A stretch of DNA of 64,000 nucleotides from Phaeosaccion multiseriatum (lineage: Eukaryota > Protista > Ochrophyta, other classes): the NCBI GenBank assembly GCA_965112735.1, contig OZ218963.1, positions 1,178,001-1,242,000 of the forward strand, read 5' to 3'. The notes below the pieces were generated by a model. It was given only the letters and a program-made list of their open reading frames with translations, ran no database searches and was not told where the DNA came from. Shown in pieces: positions 49,403 to 61,969 of the stretch. Made by a program: the position numbers and the translations under genes. The first letter of the stretch is position 1. Every line of letters begins with the position of its first letter.

Positions 49403-50958
49403 TCACTTGGCGAGCAAGCGAGGCTCACTTAAATACACAAGCTCTTGTCCAGAGCCCTCCTCCCCAAACACCCACCCGTCTCCCCTCACCCACAGCTCTG
49501 TGGCGCTGGCCAACAAGGCTCGCATCTCCACATACGTTACGGCATTTCCGTCGGGCTCGTGAAGCCAACCAAAGTCCTCACGTAACACAACCGAGTAGTG
49601 CTGCAGCTGTGGAGGGAAGGGAGGGAGAGAGGGAGGGAGAGAGAGGAGGAGGGAGGGAGGGAGCGAGAGAGAGAGGGAGAGGGAGGGGGGGAGAAAGGGG
49701 GGCAGGGAGGGAGGGAGGGAGAGGGAGAGGGAGAGAGAGGGAGAGGAAAAGGGAGAGAGGGAGTGGGTCGGCGTCATGTCAATGAAAAGAGGCGGTCGGG
49801 TATGCTTGTTACACACGCATGAGAGGGGTCGAGAGATGGAGAGTGGAAGGGATGATGCATGTTGGCGGCAGGCCCCCCCGTCCTGCTCTCTCTACGCTCT
49901 GCTCCCTGCTCCCTGCCCTCTTTCCCCTCCCGCACCTTACCTGTCCGTCTCTGGTCAGCCTGTCGAAGGGGGACGTCCAGCTGATGCTGTGTCCAGTACT
50001 ATTACTAATGCGCACAAAGCCTCGAGCCGTTCGGGCACTCCCCGCAGCGGACTGTCGTCGCAAAGCGAAGGTGAAGCGTCCTCCATAGGCCTCGGGCGCC
50101 CTCAAGCTTTCCTGTGCCCACTGGTCGGGGGCGGCGAAGTGCCAAGGTTGGGCATACACTGCGCCGCAAGGATATCCGCTGTGGAGGCTCGGGGTACTGT
50201 GGTTAGCCACCAGTGCGGCGCCACCCCTCTCGGTGGACAAGATGACGTCATTGCGCGCCGCAGGACCGAAGGAAGTCCTACTTCCCTCTCCGCTCGCGTC
50301 CATGAAGACAAGGGGCAGGCTCGCTAGCCTCGCTAGGGTGCCGTCGCTGCTGCCTTCTCCTGCTGTGGTGGTGTTGTTGTCGGCTGCTGTGTCAGTCAGG
50401 AAGTCCGGCGAGAAATCCCAATGGAGCTCCAAGCCAACTGAGTTCCCCGTGAAGTCCTTGTGCATCTTTTGTACAGCGCGAAGGGGTGTTTGTGTGTGTA
50501 TGTGCATGTGTTGGTGTGTATGTGTGTACATGTGTGGGTGCGTAGTGTAGTGTATTGTGTGTGTGCGTGCATGTGTAAGAGAGGGTGCACGTGTGTGTGT
50601 GCGCGCGTGAGAGAGGGTGCACGAGAGAGCACGACACACACCCTATACGTAAGAGTTACATAAGAGTTAACGCACAGTTACGTACCTGATCCGCGACATC
50701 TGATGCTGCGCAGAAGCGGCTCCACACCCTCACGTCCTGTACGAGTGTGAGCATGTCCGAGCTGGTTCCTTCCCCAGGGTCGAACGAGCACTTGGGCTCC
50801 CCCTTCCCCCCCCACTCACAGCCGCCACCGGACAGCCTCTGACCTAGAACGAGACTTCCCCCGCCACTCAGTACAACGCCCTCCTGTTGTTGTGCGTGTG
50901 CGTGTGTGTGTGTGCGTGTGTGTGCGTGTATGTGTGTGTATGTGTTGAGTGTGAGTGT

Positions 50959-50989
<31 letters not shown>

Positions 50990-52042
50990 AGTGTGAGTGT
51001 GAGTGTGAGTGTGAGTGTGTGCGATGGCCAAAGACAAGCACAAAACAAACACAAAAATACGACGCAACACAACGCAACACAACGCAGGGAACACGTGAGT
51101 CAAGTCTAAGTCGCTCGAGCAAACAGAAGGGAAGGCGAGGCACGCATACACGCACAGACACACACACACAAGCTGTTAATGGAAGCAGTATGCCCCCTTC
51201 AACCGAACCCTTTTGTGTGAACCCTTTGCGTGAACAACCCCGATTGCTCTCACCCGATAGGCACCCGATAGGCACCCGATGGGCACCCGATAGGCACCCG
51301 ATAGGGTCCACTGTCACCCCTATTGCTCTCACCTGATAGGGTCCACTGTCGAACACCCTTGCTCCGTCCAAGTAGGCATGCACCCTCCCGTCTGCCGAAC
51401 GCCACATGACCGCGAGGTGGTGCCACTTTCCGTCGTGCAGGTTGATGCCGGTGATGACACCTCGACGATCACCCCCGTCCTCCCCGTCATACCTCTCCTT
51501 CGCAGGTACGTAGCGATCATGTAAGAGGAGGCTGACGTTTCGGAAGTCATGGAGGAGGAGTTCGTGTTGGTGCCCTCCGCCGCCGTCGGTACTGTAACCG
51601 TTACTGGTTCCAACCGCATAGGACAAGATCGTGCCACTGCTGCTGCTGCTACTGCTGCTACTACTACTACTACTGCTGCTAGTGCTGCTGTTGTTGGAGC
51701 TGAAAACGTCTCCTTCTTTTCCCACCCGAATCCACAGAGAGATGGTCAGCTCGGTGGCGGGGAAGTTGTTGACAGGCTGAGAGGCCATGGCATAGCCGGA
51801 GCCATCCACCAGGCCCAGCGCGTATGGCGCACTGAGGAGAGAGGAGGGGGAGGGGGAGGGAGGGTTGGAAAGGGCAACACGTGTGGTGGGATGGGCGAGC
51901 TTATGGGTCCGTGGGCAGCCCCGTCTTCTTCTTCTTGTTCGCATGAAATCATGATCGCCGATAGATACCGCCAAAGCTTACTCTCTAGATACCCACGCCG
52001 TCCGACTCAGACAGATAGACAGATAGACAGATAGACAGACAG

Positions 52043-52076
<34 letters not shown>

Positions 52077-52100
52077 AGATAGACAGACAGACAGACAGAC

Positions 52101-52135
<35 letters not shown>

Positions 52136-52152
52136 AAGACAGATAAACAGAC

Positions 52153-52223
<71 letters not shown>

Positions 52224-52300
52224 TAGACAGACAGACAGACAGACAGATAGACAGACAGACAGACAGATAGACAGGCAGACAGACAGACAGACAGACAGAC

Positions 52301-52351
<51 letters not shown>

Positions 52352-55300
52352 TGGACAGATAGACAGGTAGACAGGCACTCGGCGACTCACTCACCTGCCC
52401 GTGTCCGGGTAGAGCTGGCCGTACTCACCCCCGAAGGAGCACTCATAACCGCAGGGACTCGTTGCGGCGAAGTCGCAGCGCTCGCTATACTCAGACAAGC
52501 CATAGAGGCGATCCACTGCCCCCAGCCCAAGTGCGTCCTGCCACACCCAAGCAGAGGAAGAAGAGCTCGATGCTGACAAGGAGGAAGAGGAGGAGGAGGA
52601 GGAGGAGGAGGAGGGGGAGGAGGGGGAGGAGGAGGAGGTGGTGGTGGAGGAAGGAGCCGTGCCTCGGGCATGGATCTTCGTTGCACCGTTTCCTACTACC
52701 GTCCACCCCTCCAGCGCATCGGTTGCACTGTCGGTGGCAAAGAAATCGTTGGAGGAGGAGGAGGAGGAGGAGGAGGAGGAGGAGGAGGAGTTGGCCGACA
52801 CCGTTGAGTTGGCGAGGAGAAGCGAAACAGGAGCCCCCGCCAAGACTTGCCCCTCCCCGTAGTCAAAGACCCTGACCACCGCCGTGTCCGGGGATGAGAG
52901 TGCGGTGCCTGCGACGATGGGGCCCTCGAGGCTCAGTGCGACGCTGAAGCTCTCGAAGTGGCGCTCCTCTTGGTCGTCGTCCAGGAGAGAGATGAAGATG
53001 CTCTTCTCGGAGTCTCCGGGGAAGAAGCGGACTTTGCCACTCCGGTCGTGGCTTGTACTGCTGGTCGGTACGTAGTCCTCTCCGGCTGAGAAAGGGAGGG
53101 AGGAGAGGAAGAGAGAGGGGAGAGAGAAGGAGAGGGGGGAGAGAGAAGAGAGAGCGCACACACGCACGAGGGAGGGAGGGAGGGAGGGAGGGAGGGAAGG
53201 GAAACATTGGTTCAAGCTAATCGCGGACGCTATGCAAGAGCTTGCTGGGTATAAGTACGTAGGTAGGTAGGAAGGTAGGTAGGTAGGTAGGGAGTTATGT
53301 GGGTTGGTAGGTACATGGATGGGTATGTGGGCAGGTCGGTAGGTAGGTAATTGGAGCAGGTAGGTCGTAAGGTACGTAGATAGGTTGGTAGGTGCGTAGG
53401 TAGGTGGTTGGGTAGAGAGATAGATGGGTAGGCAGGTAGGCAGGTCGGTAAGCACTTACCTGTGGCTGTTCCGTCGCTGGTGGTGAAGCCAATGTCTACC
53501 ATCTCTAGCAAGCCGTGATCCCGCTTGATGCGAAGCTCGACAGTGCCGCTTGCCTCTGTGCACACGTACACTTCACTGACAAAGGAGAAGAGGCCCTTGG
53601 GCTGATAGCTCGGCACCTTCAAAGAAAAGCCACTTTAACAAGAGTAAGAGTAGATGGAGTCCAAGGTCAAGGGGGGAAGGGAAACGGCAGAGAGGAGGGG
53701 AGGGGAGAGGAAAAGAGAGGAGGGGAGAGGTGAGATGAGGGGAGGGGAGGAGAGGACTCAGAGACAGAGGCTTGAATGAGTCATGACCTTGCTCACTCTT
53801 CGAGAGGGAACCAACCCACCCACCCACGTACGTCAAACGAACGAGCTGAGTCACGTCTGACGCGAAAAAATGTGGGGGAGAGAGGTGAGGAAGGAAGGAA
53901 GGAAGGAAGGAAGGAAGGAAGGGAGGAAGGAGACGCCATGCTTCGCTTCGAGACTTGGGCCGTACTATCCGCAAACTCACACACACACACACACACTCTT
54001 TCTTCTCTCTCTAACCTGAGACTGGATGTCGCGTTGGCCATGAGGGCATAATACGCCTCGTCATCCATAACCGTACGTTCAAAGGACAGGCCCCTTGCCG
54101 TATTGAGCAAGCTTCCCTCAGCGAACAGGTCTGAGGTCGGATCTTGCAGCAAAGCCTCAAGGTCTTTCACCAGCTGGTCTACGGTCAGTTCCGCTGCATC
54201 GCTCGAAGGGCTGACGGAGAAAGTGAAGACGATGGAACCGCTGGCCAGCGCCAGGACTTCGATTCGTTTGGTGTCCAACAGTCCCAGTGCAGCGGCCATT
54301 TGGCTCACAAAGTCGGCGGCCAAGGAAGCTCTGGCGGCGCTTCCGGCAGGGTATTGCGCGAGGTTTCCGTCGATGGTGAGGCTGGCCAAGGCTTGTGTCC
54401 GCTGGCTCACACTCACGCCGTCTGCTCCCGAGTCATCTCCCGAAGAGGAGCTGCTACTACTGCTGCTGCTACTGCTGCTGCTGCTGCTGCTGCTGCTACC
54501 CGAGGTTGTGATTGACACGTCAGAGTAGAGCTTCCATCCGTCGGAGCCGCTGTATCCCCCATGGCGGTAGCATACCTTCAACGAGGCGTCCACCGACTCG
54601 GTGAACACAACCGTCGCGAGAGAGAGCGAGTTCACGGTGCCCATGGAGCTCCCCCCCGCTCCCTCCGCCGCCTCGCAGTAGGCACTTTCTGAGAGCCCCC
54701 CCCCCCCATCGGTGCTGCTGCTCTGCTCAACGACGAACTTGACGAGGTCGCCAGAAGCGATGCCGGAGCCTTGCATGGTGAACACAAAGTCCTCCCCTGC
54801 GGACGGCACTCCGGCGCTCGTCACGTCCAGCACCGCCCCAGTCACCTCCCACAGCTCAAAGGAAGTCCCCTTTCCATCGATGAGCTCAGCCGCCGAGGAG
54901 GAGGAGGAAAAGCCCCCTTCTCCGCCGTCTCCGAATCGGTAGCAGAGCTTATGGGGTGTTGTGGTGGTGGTGCTCGTGGTGCTGGACAAGTTGGGGATTA
55001 TGGCCAGACCTCTCTCGACGGAGGTGGTGCCCCTTGTTGTGGAGGAGGGGGAGAAGGTAAGTCCGTCGAGGGCTTCGCTTGCGTCGCACGAGGTTGCGTC
55101 GTTGGGCACGAGGAACATTATGTCGCCTGCGAGAGGAAGAGAGGAAGAGAGGAGGAGAGGAAGAGAGGAAGAGAGGAAGAGAGGAGGAGAGGAAGAGAGG
55201 AAGAGAGGAAGAGAGGAAGAGAGGAAGAGAGGAAGAGAGGAAGAGAGGAAGAGAGGAAGAGAGGAAGAGAGGAGGAGAGGAGGAGAGGAGGAGAGGAAGA

Positions 55301-56798
55301 GAGGAAGAGAGGAAGAGAGGAGGAGAGGAAGAGAGGAAGAGAGGAGGAGAGGAAGAGAGGAAGAGAGGAAGAGAGGAAGAGAGGAAGAGAGGAAGAGAGG
55401 AGGAGAGGAAGAGAGGAAGAGAGGAGGAGAGGACGAGAGGAAGAGAGGAAGAGAGGAAGAGAGGAGGAGTGGGGGATGGTGGGGGGCGGACATGGGCGAG
55501 AGAGAGAGGGGGAGAGAGGGAGAGAGGGAGAGGGAGAGAGAGAGAGGGGGAGAGAGAGAGGGAGAGAGGGAGAGGGAGAGAGAGAGAGGGACAGAGAAGA
55601 GAGAGAGAGGGAGAGAGGGAGAGAGAGGACGGGGTGGGTCCGATAGGAGAAAAGAGGAGCAAAGGGGAGGGGGGCATAAGAGATGGGAATGCCCACAGTC
55701 GACTGACCACAGTCGACTGACCACAGTCAACTGACCACAGTCAACTGACCACAGTCAACTGACCACAGTCAACTGACCACAGTCAACTGACCACAGTCAA
55801 CTGACCACAGTCAACTGACGATGAAGCGGCCTGTGAAGCTGAGTCAAGGCAGAGCCAAAGCGCAGATTTACACTACAGATGGATAGCTTCTATCGATAGC
55901 TTCATCAATAGCTTCTATCGATAGCTTCATCTATTGCATGCATATGTCCCTGTCCGGCCCCTTCCTTCCCTCTCCCTTCCGCGAAGGCGTCAAGGGTCAA
56001 TCGTCAATCATGCATCGTCAATCGTCAAGTGTCAAGAGTCAAGAGTCAAGCGTTTAGCGGTAAGCGGTAAGCGGTAAGCGTCAAGCGTCAAGCGTCAAAG
56101 CGTTTCAGCATTAAGCGTCAAGCATTCAGCGTTAAGCGGTACGCGTCACGCGTCAAGGGTCAAGCGTCTTGACTCACCCGAGGTCAGGCCAAAGGTCCCC
56201 ACGAGTTGAATGGGGGTGGGCACTGCCGTTACAAGATGAGTTGAGTTGGCGCTGGAGATGGCGGGAGGTACCACAGACAGCGTGATCGATGGGTACGCCC
56301 TGTACCCTTCCCGGGCAAAGGCATAGCACAGCGTCAGCAGAGAGGAGGAGGAGGAGGAGGAGGAGGAGGAGGAGGAGGAGGAGGAGGAGGAGGAGGAGGA
56401 GGCGGAGGAGAAGGTGAAGGCAGCCTCTTGGTACCAGCCATGCACCACTCCAGCTTCCGAGCCTCGAGCAGAGACTTCGTTGCACTCCTGTCCGTCCTCG
56501 ACCCCTGGATGACGAGCACATGACGGACATTAATGGGCATTGATGGGCAGTAATGGGCATTAATGAACATTAAGAATGGGCATGACGAGCACATGACGAG
56601 CACATGATGGGCAGTAATGGGTATCATGAGCATTAATGAACATCAATGGGCTGTCATTGGCAGTCTTTGGCAGTGATGGGCAGTGGTGAATATATGCAGC
56701 GGTCCTGAAGTGGAAGAGGGCAACGGTGTGAGTGCATGCGTGCTCAGGGAGACATTGAGTTGACAAAGGAACACAACGCGTTTTGCTCGAGCTCCAAC

Positions 56799-56863
<65 letters not shown>

Positions 56864-59800
56864 CTTTCGCGCCCCTCAGCCCCCAGGATGAGCCCCCCTC
56901 CCCTCCCCCCCCGAGTTCATTCCACTTCAGCTCTCTTCATAAAGCCTTAGCCCACAATTGATCCCACGATCCAAACATCGATCCTACAAATCGACCCCGC
57001 CATGGAAATACTCTCGATCCCGAGTGGACTTGAAGTCACTCACATTTGGCGGTGTCTCCAGCGGTGACTCCCTGCCCCACGAAGGAGAACGTCTGAGCAG
57101 ACCCGACCAACGCATACAGATCGTCGCCATCTGCAGAGTCCATTCCCAAGCCCCGCTGGGAGACGCTCGTGAGTTGACGGACTCGCACCACCATGTCTTT
57201 GTGCAGGCGGTACGGCTCTTGCCCGTGCCTGGTCAGGGACAGGGTCAGGGTCAGGGTCAGGGTCAGGGTCAGGGTCAGGGTCAGGGACAGGGACAGGGAC
57301 AGGGTCAGGGTCAGGGTCAGGGTCAGGGTCACGGTCAGGGTGTGTGTGTGTATCATGTGTGATGAATGCGTGTTATAGCCCAACAGTCCAATAGCTCACC
57401 CCCTCACCATATCGATCGACATTGGATTACGGGATCGATATTTGATCACGGGATCGATGTTGGTTTCGTTTAGGTCTAATGAGCTGAACTGAACGGAACC
57501 TCCCCTCTCAAGTCAACAACTAACACCCCTCTCGTGCTTACCTGTAGCACATGACCAACACCGCAGGCTCAAAGGTGGGGCTCAGGAACGTAACCGCAGC
57601 GACGCCCTCTCGCATCCACGCGAAACCGTCACTGTCGCTGTAACTGTCACTATCACTTCCACCCCCGGTGCTCCCCGATGTCGTGCTGTTCCGGCTCACG
57701 AGTGAGGAAGTCTCCAATCCCCCCCGGAGATTGTCTTGTTCCGTGGTGCCACAGTGGGCATCGCTGGAAGCGGAGTCAGAGACCCACTTTATCCCATCTC
57801 CGGCACGCAGACCGAAACCCGACAGGGTGTACGTCTTCTCAAGCTGCACAACACAGGCATCCGAGGGAGGGAGGGAGGGAGGAGGAGAGGGAGAGAGGGA
57901 GGGAGGGAGGGAGGGAGGGAGGGAGGGAGGGAGGGACGGAGGGAGGGAGGGACGGAGGGAGGGAGGGAGGGGGGGAGGGGGGGAGGAGAGGGAGGGAGGG
58001 AGGAGAGGGAGGGAGGGAGGGAGGAGGAGAGTGGGGAAGGAGGGAGGGAGGGAGAGAGGGAGGGAGGGGGGGGGAATATGGAGGGCGTAAGGCATTCTCA
58101 CACTCACCCCATCCTGGATCCTTTCCGACGGTTACTTCCGACGGTTTCACCGTGTACTTTACACACCTGCACCACAGCCTCGTAGTCCGAGCCCTGATCC
58201 GACGACGCCGCCTGGAGCTCCACCGCCCTCAGCGAGAAGCTCTTGTAGATCTTCAGGCCCTCGGAGCCGAAGCCTGAGGAGACACGGACAGAGGGAAAGA
58301 GAGAGAGAGAGACGGTCAGAGCGTAGAGCCACAGCGGCAGTAGCAGTTGGTGATACAGCAGCAGAAATAGCTGCAAGAACAGCAAGAACAGTGGGTGATA
58401 CAGCGGCAGTAGCAGTTGGTGATACAGCGGCAGCGCCAGAGTTTGGCGAGGTGGGCCAAAGTCCCCCTCTCCTCTCCGCTCCTGGTCTTACTAGCAACGT
58501 ACTCACCATAGCACAGACTCCACTCCTTGGTACTGAAGTCAGTGAGATGCTCTTCAATGAGGATGGAGGCGGTCAGGGCCTTGCTCACTAAGGCGGTGGG
58601 GCCATCGAGGTAGGAGGGCTCGAGGCAATCAGCGTCACTGTCGGCAGCGGTATTGACCCTGGGGGGGAAGCGATGTGGATGGAGAGAGGGGAGGGGGAGG
58701 GAGGGAGGGATAGGCGGGGGGTGAGAGAGGGGGAGAGGGAGGGAGGGAGGGAGGGACGGAGGAAGGGGGAAAGAACATGTCAAGAGGTCCGTCCCACCTT
58801 GATCTTACTCCGCCCCCCTTCCTTCCTTCCTTCCTTCCTTCCTTCCTTCCTTCCTTCCTTCCTTCCTCCATGCATGCTGTTGTGCGTGCATGCATCGTGC
58901 AGCCGTTGCCTTTGGCGACACAGACACAGAAGGACTACTTAACATAAACGATTACGTATTGAGTATGAAATGACTTACCAAACCACCCTGTCCCCAGCTT
59001 CAATGGCGCCCCCTCCTTCAAACGTCAAAAGCTTGGGTACTCCGACGACGACAACGTCAGCCTCCCCCTCCACGGCGCCGACATCTGTGATGCCCACAAC
59101 TGTGAGTACCAGTTCGCTGTACTTCATAAATGGCTCTTGATCGAACTGTGCGTGTGTGTGCGCGTGGGTAAAGGGAGGTTGAGGAGGGGAGGGGGGGAGT
59201 AGGCACATCTCCAAAGCTTAGGCATGTGCGTGTGTGTATGTGCGTGTGTGGTGTTTGTGTGTGTATGTATGTGTGTGTGTGTTTGTCGACTCAGATGAGC
59301 ATGTGTGTGGACGAGGCGTGTGAGTAGAGAGTTGTAGTGATGCACAAAGAGAGGAGGGCGGGGGGGGTGGGCAGGGGAGAGAGGGATGGAGAGAAGGAGG
59401 TAGAGAGAGAGAGGGAGAAAGAGAGAAGGGAGGGGGGATGGGCAGGGGAGAGAGGGATGGAGAGAAGGAGGTACAGAGAGAGAGAGAGGGAGAAAGAGGA
59501 AGGGAGGGGGGATGGGCAGGAGAGAGAGGGATGGAGAGAAAGAGGTAGAGAGAGAGAGGGAGAAAGAGGAAGGGAGGGGTCGAGATAGAAGGAGGCACTT
59601 GTCACAGTAGTCATTCACATGAGGAGGACGCACGCTCTGACAAAGGAAAGCGCACAAACGTCTCCCTCGCCTCCTCAGACTGCCTCTTCCTCCTCTGCGA
59701 TACGACGCTACCCCGTCTACCCCCTCTTACTTGATAGCACAGGACGTAGGCTCCCCCCACGGATTTGTCGGGAAATGCGATGGTTTGGCCTGTCGCTCCC

Positions 59801-60920
59801 CTGCTCGTCACCACCTGATGAGGCGAGGTGATGAGGTCAGTTTTCAGTTTTCAGTTCATGTGACCTTATCAATAGTATCGAACACCATAAATGGAGTCGA
59901 TATTCATGATGATGCTATGACGAGGCAAGATGCAATGGGCAAGGAAGGTAGTAAGGCAATGAGTGCGGTAAGGCAATTAGGGCAGCAAGGCAATGAAGGC
60001 AGTAAGGCAATGAGTGCGGTAAGGCAATGAGTGCGGTAAGGCAATGTCACAAGGTGTGTGTGGATAAGCACACAAAGGGCGGACACAAGAGGGAGGAGCT
60101 TCAGGAGGTGAAACAAAAGCAAGCAACAACAGCGCAACTCGCAAGCAAGGGACTTCACACCTCACACCTCACACCCCACACCTCACACCTCACACCTCAC
60201 GCCTCACACCTCACACCTCACGCCTCACGCCTCACACCTCACACCTCACACCTCTCACACCTCACACACCTAACGCCTCACACGTCACACCTCACACCCC
60301 ACACCTCACACCTCACACCTCACGCCTCACACCTCACACCTCACACCTCACGCCTCACGCCTCACACCTCACACCTCACACCTCTCACACCTCACACCTC
60401 ACACCTCACACCTCACACCTCACACCTCACACCTCACACCTCACACCTCACACCTCACACCTCACACCTCACGCCTCACGCCTCACACCTCACACCTCTC
60501 ACACCTCACACCTCACACCTCACACCTCACACACCTAACGCCTCACACGTCACACGTCACACCCCACACGTACCAGAGGGAAGTCCCACGCCTCTGCGGC
60601 TTCAAGCAGCCCCTCCACAACGGCTGATTCGTCATCGCAGTCCTTGCTTGCTGACGTGATCCATTTGGCAGTGTCCACGTAGCTGAAGGAGAGGGGATGG
60701 AGGAGAGGGGGAGAGGGGGAGAGGAAGGGGGAGGAGGAGGAGGAGGAGGAGGGTGGGGGGGGGTGGCGAGGCAGGAGGGGAGCACGAGGCAGGGAGGAGA
60801 GAAGGTGTAGACAGAGGGGAGGGATGAAGAAGGGAAGGGCAAGACGAGGGGGGGTAGGCAAGGGGGGAAACCAAGGGGAGGGGGGGCAGTAGCAGTGCTC
60901 TACATGACTCGATGAGGATG

Positions 60921-60989
<69 letters not shown>

Positions 60990-61928
60990 GTGATGGTGAT
61001 GGTGATGATGATGATGATCACGATGATGATGGTGATGATGATGAGGAGGAGGATGTCATCGTAACGCTTTTCTCTCTGTCCTTACCTGAAGCCCGCAGTT
61101 CCGTCCCCAAGCCAAAAGTAGTCCTTATACACGCCCGGCACGGCCTTGGTTGCTGCCCCAACGCTCACGCCGACCTGCGCTATCATCCTCACGTCCACAG
61201 AAAGCTCGGGGTACACGCGGAAGGGCTCATCGGAGAAGGCTAAGTGGGGGGCAGGGACGGGTTACGGGCCCAAGTGCGCATCATCAGCAGGAGCAGCAGC
61301 AGTTGGTGATACAGCAAGAGCCACAGGAGCAGGAGCAGGAGCAGGAGCACAAGTAGGGTCAGAAGAGAAGAAACGAAGCGAAGCGAAGCGAGGCACTGAG
61401 ACTGAAACTGATACTGCCGTGAGGGTGGTGCGAAAGAGACCTGTGTAGCCACCGCTCCGGCCCTGACCCCAGACCGAGGCCCGGCAATTGGTGATACACC
61501 ACTCCAACCCAGCACGAGCAATTGGTGATACGGCCTGACAACCTCAGCCTCATGCTCACTCTCTTAGCCTTACTTATTGCTTACATATGCATGCGTAGAG
61601 CACGAGCCCTGACGAGGCAGGCCTGAGGTTCCATCCGACGGCGAGATCTGCCGACAGTTCCAGAATGTCGTCGGAGTCATCAGCTTGGTCTCCGATCCCT
61701 GCGGCGTTGCTATAGCAGGTGGTCTGGAACGTGGTCCCTGTGAGTGGTGTGTATTCAGTGATTGTGTATGTGTACAAGGAGAAGCACGCATGGCACACTC
61801 TCGGTCGGTCAGGCAAGGGGGGGGGCAGCCGTCTACGACACACACACACATACACACACACAGACACAGACATACACACATACACACGCGCGCACGCACA
61901 CACACTCACACACACACACACACACACA

Positions 61929-61969
<41 letters not shown>

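Noticed and set aside
57231-57341. True telomere or chromosome end
   Set aside because: Internal, short, a variant unit, and flanked by in-frame exons of one gene.
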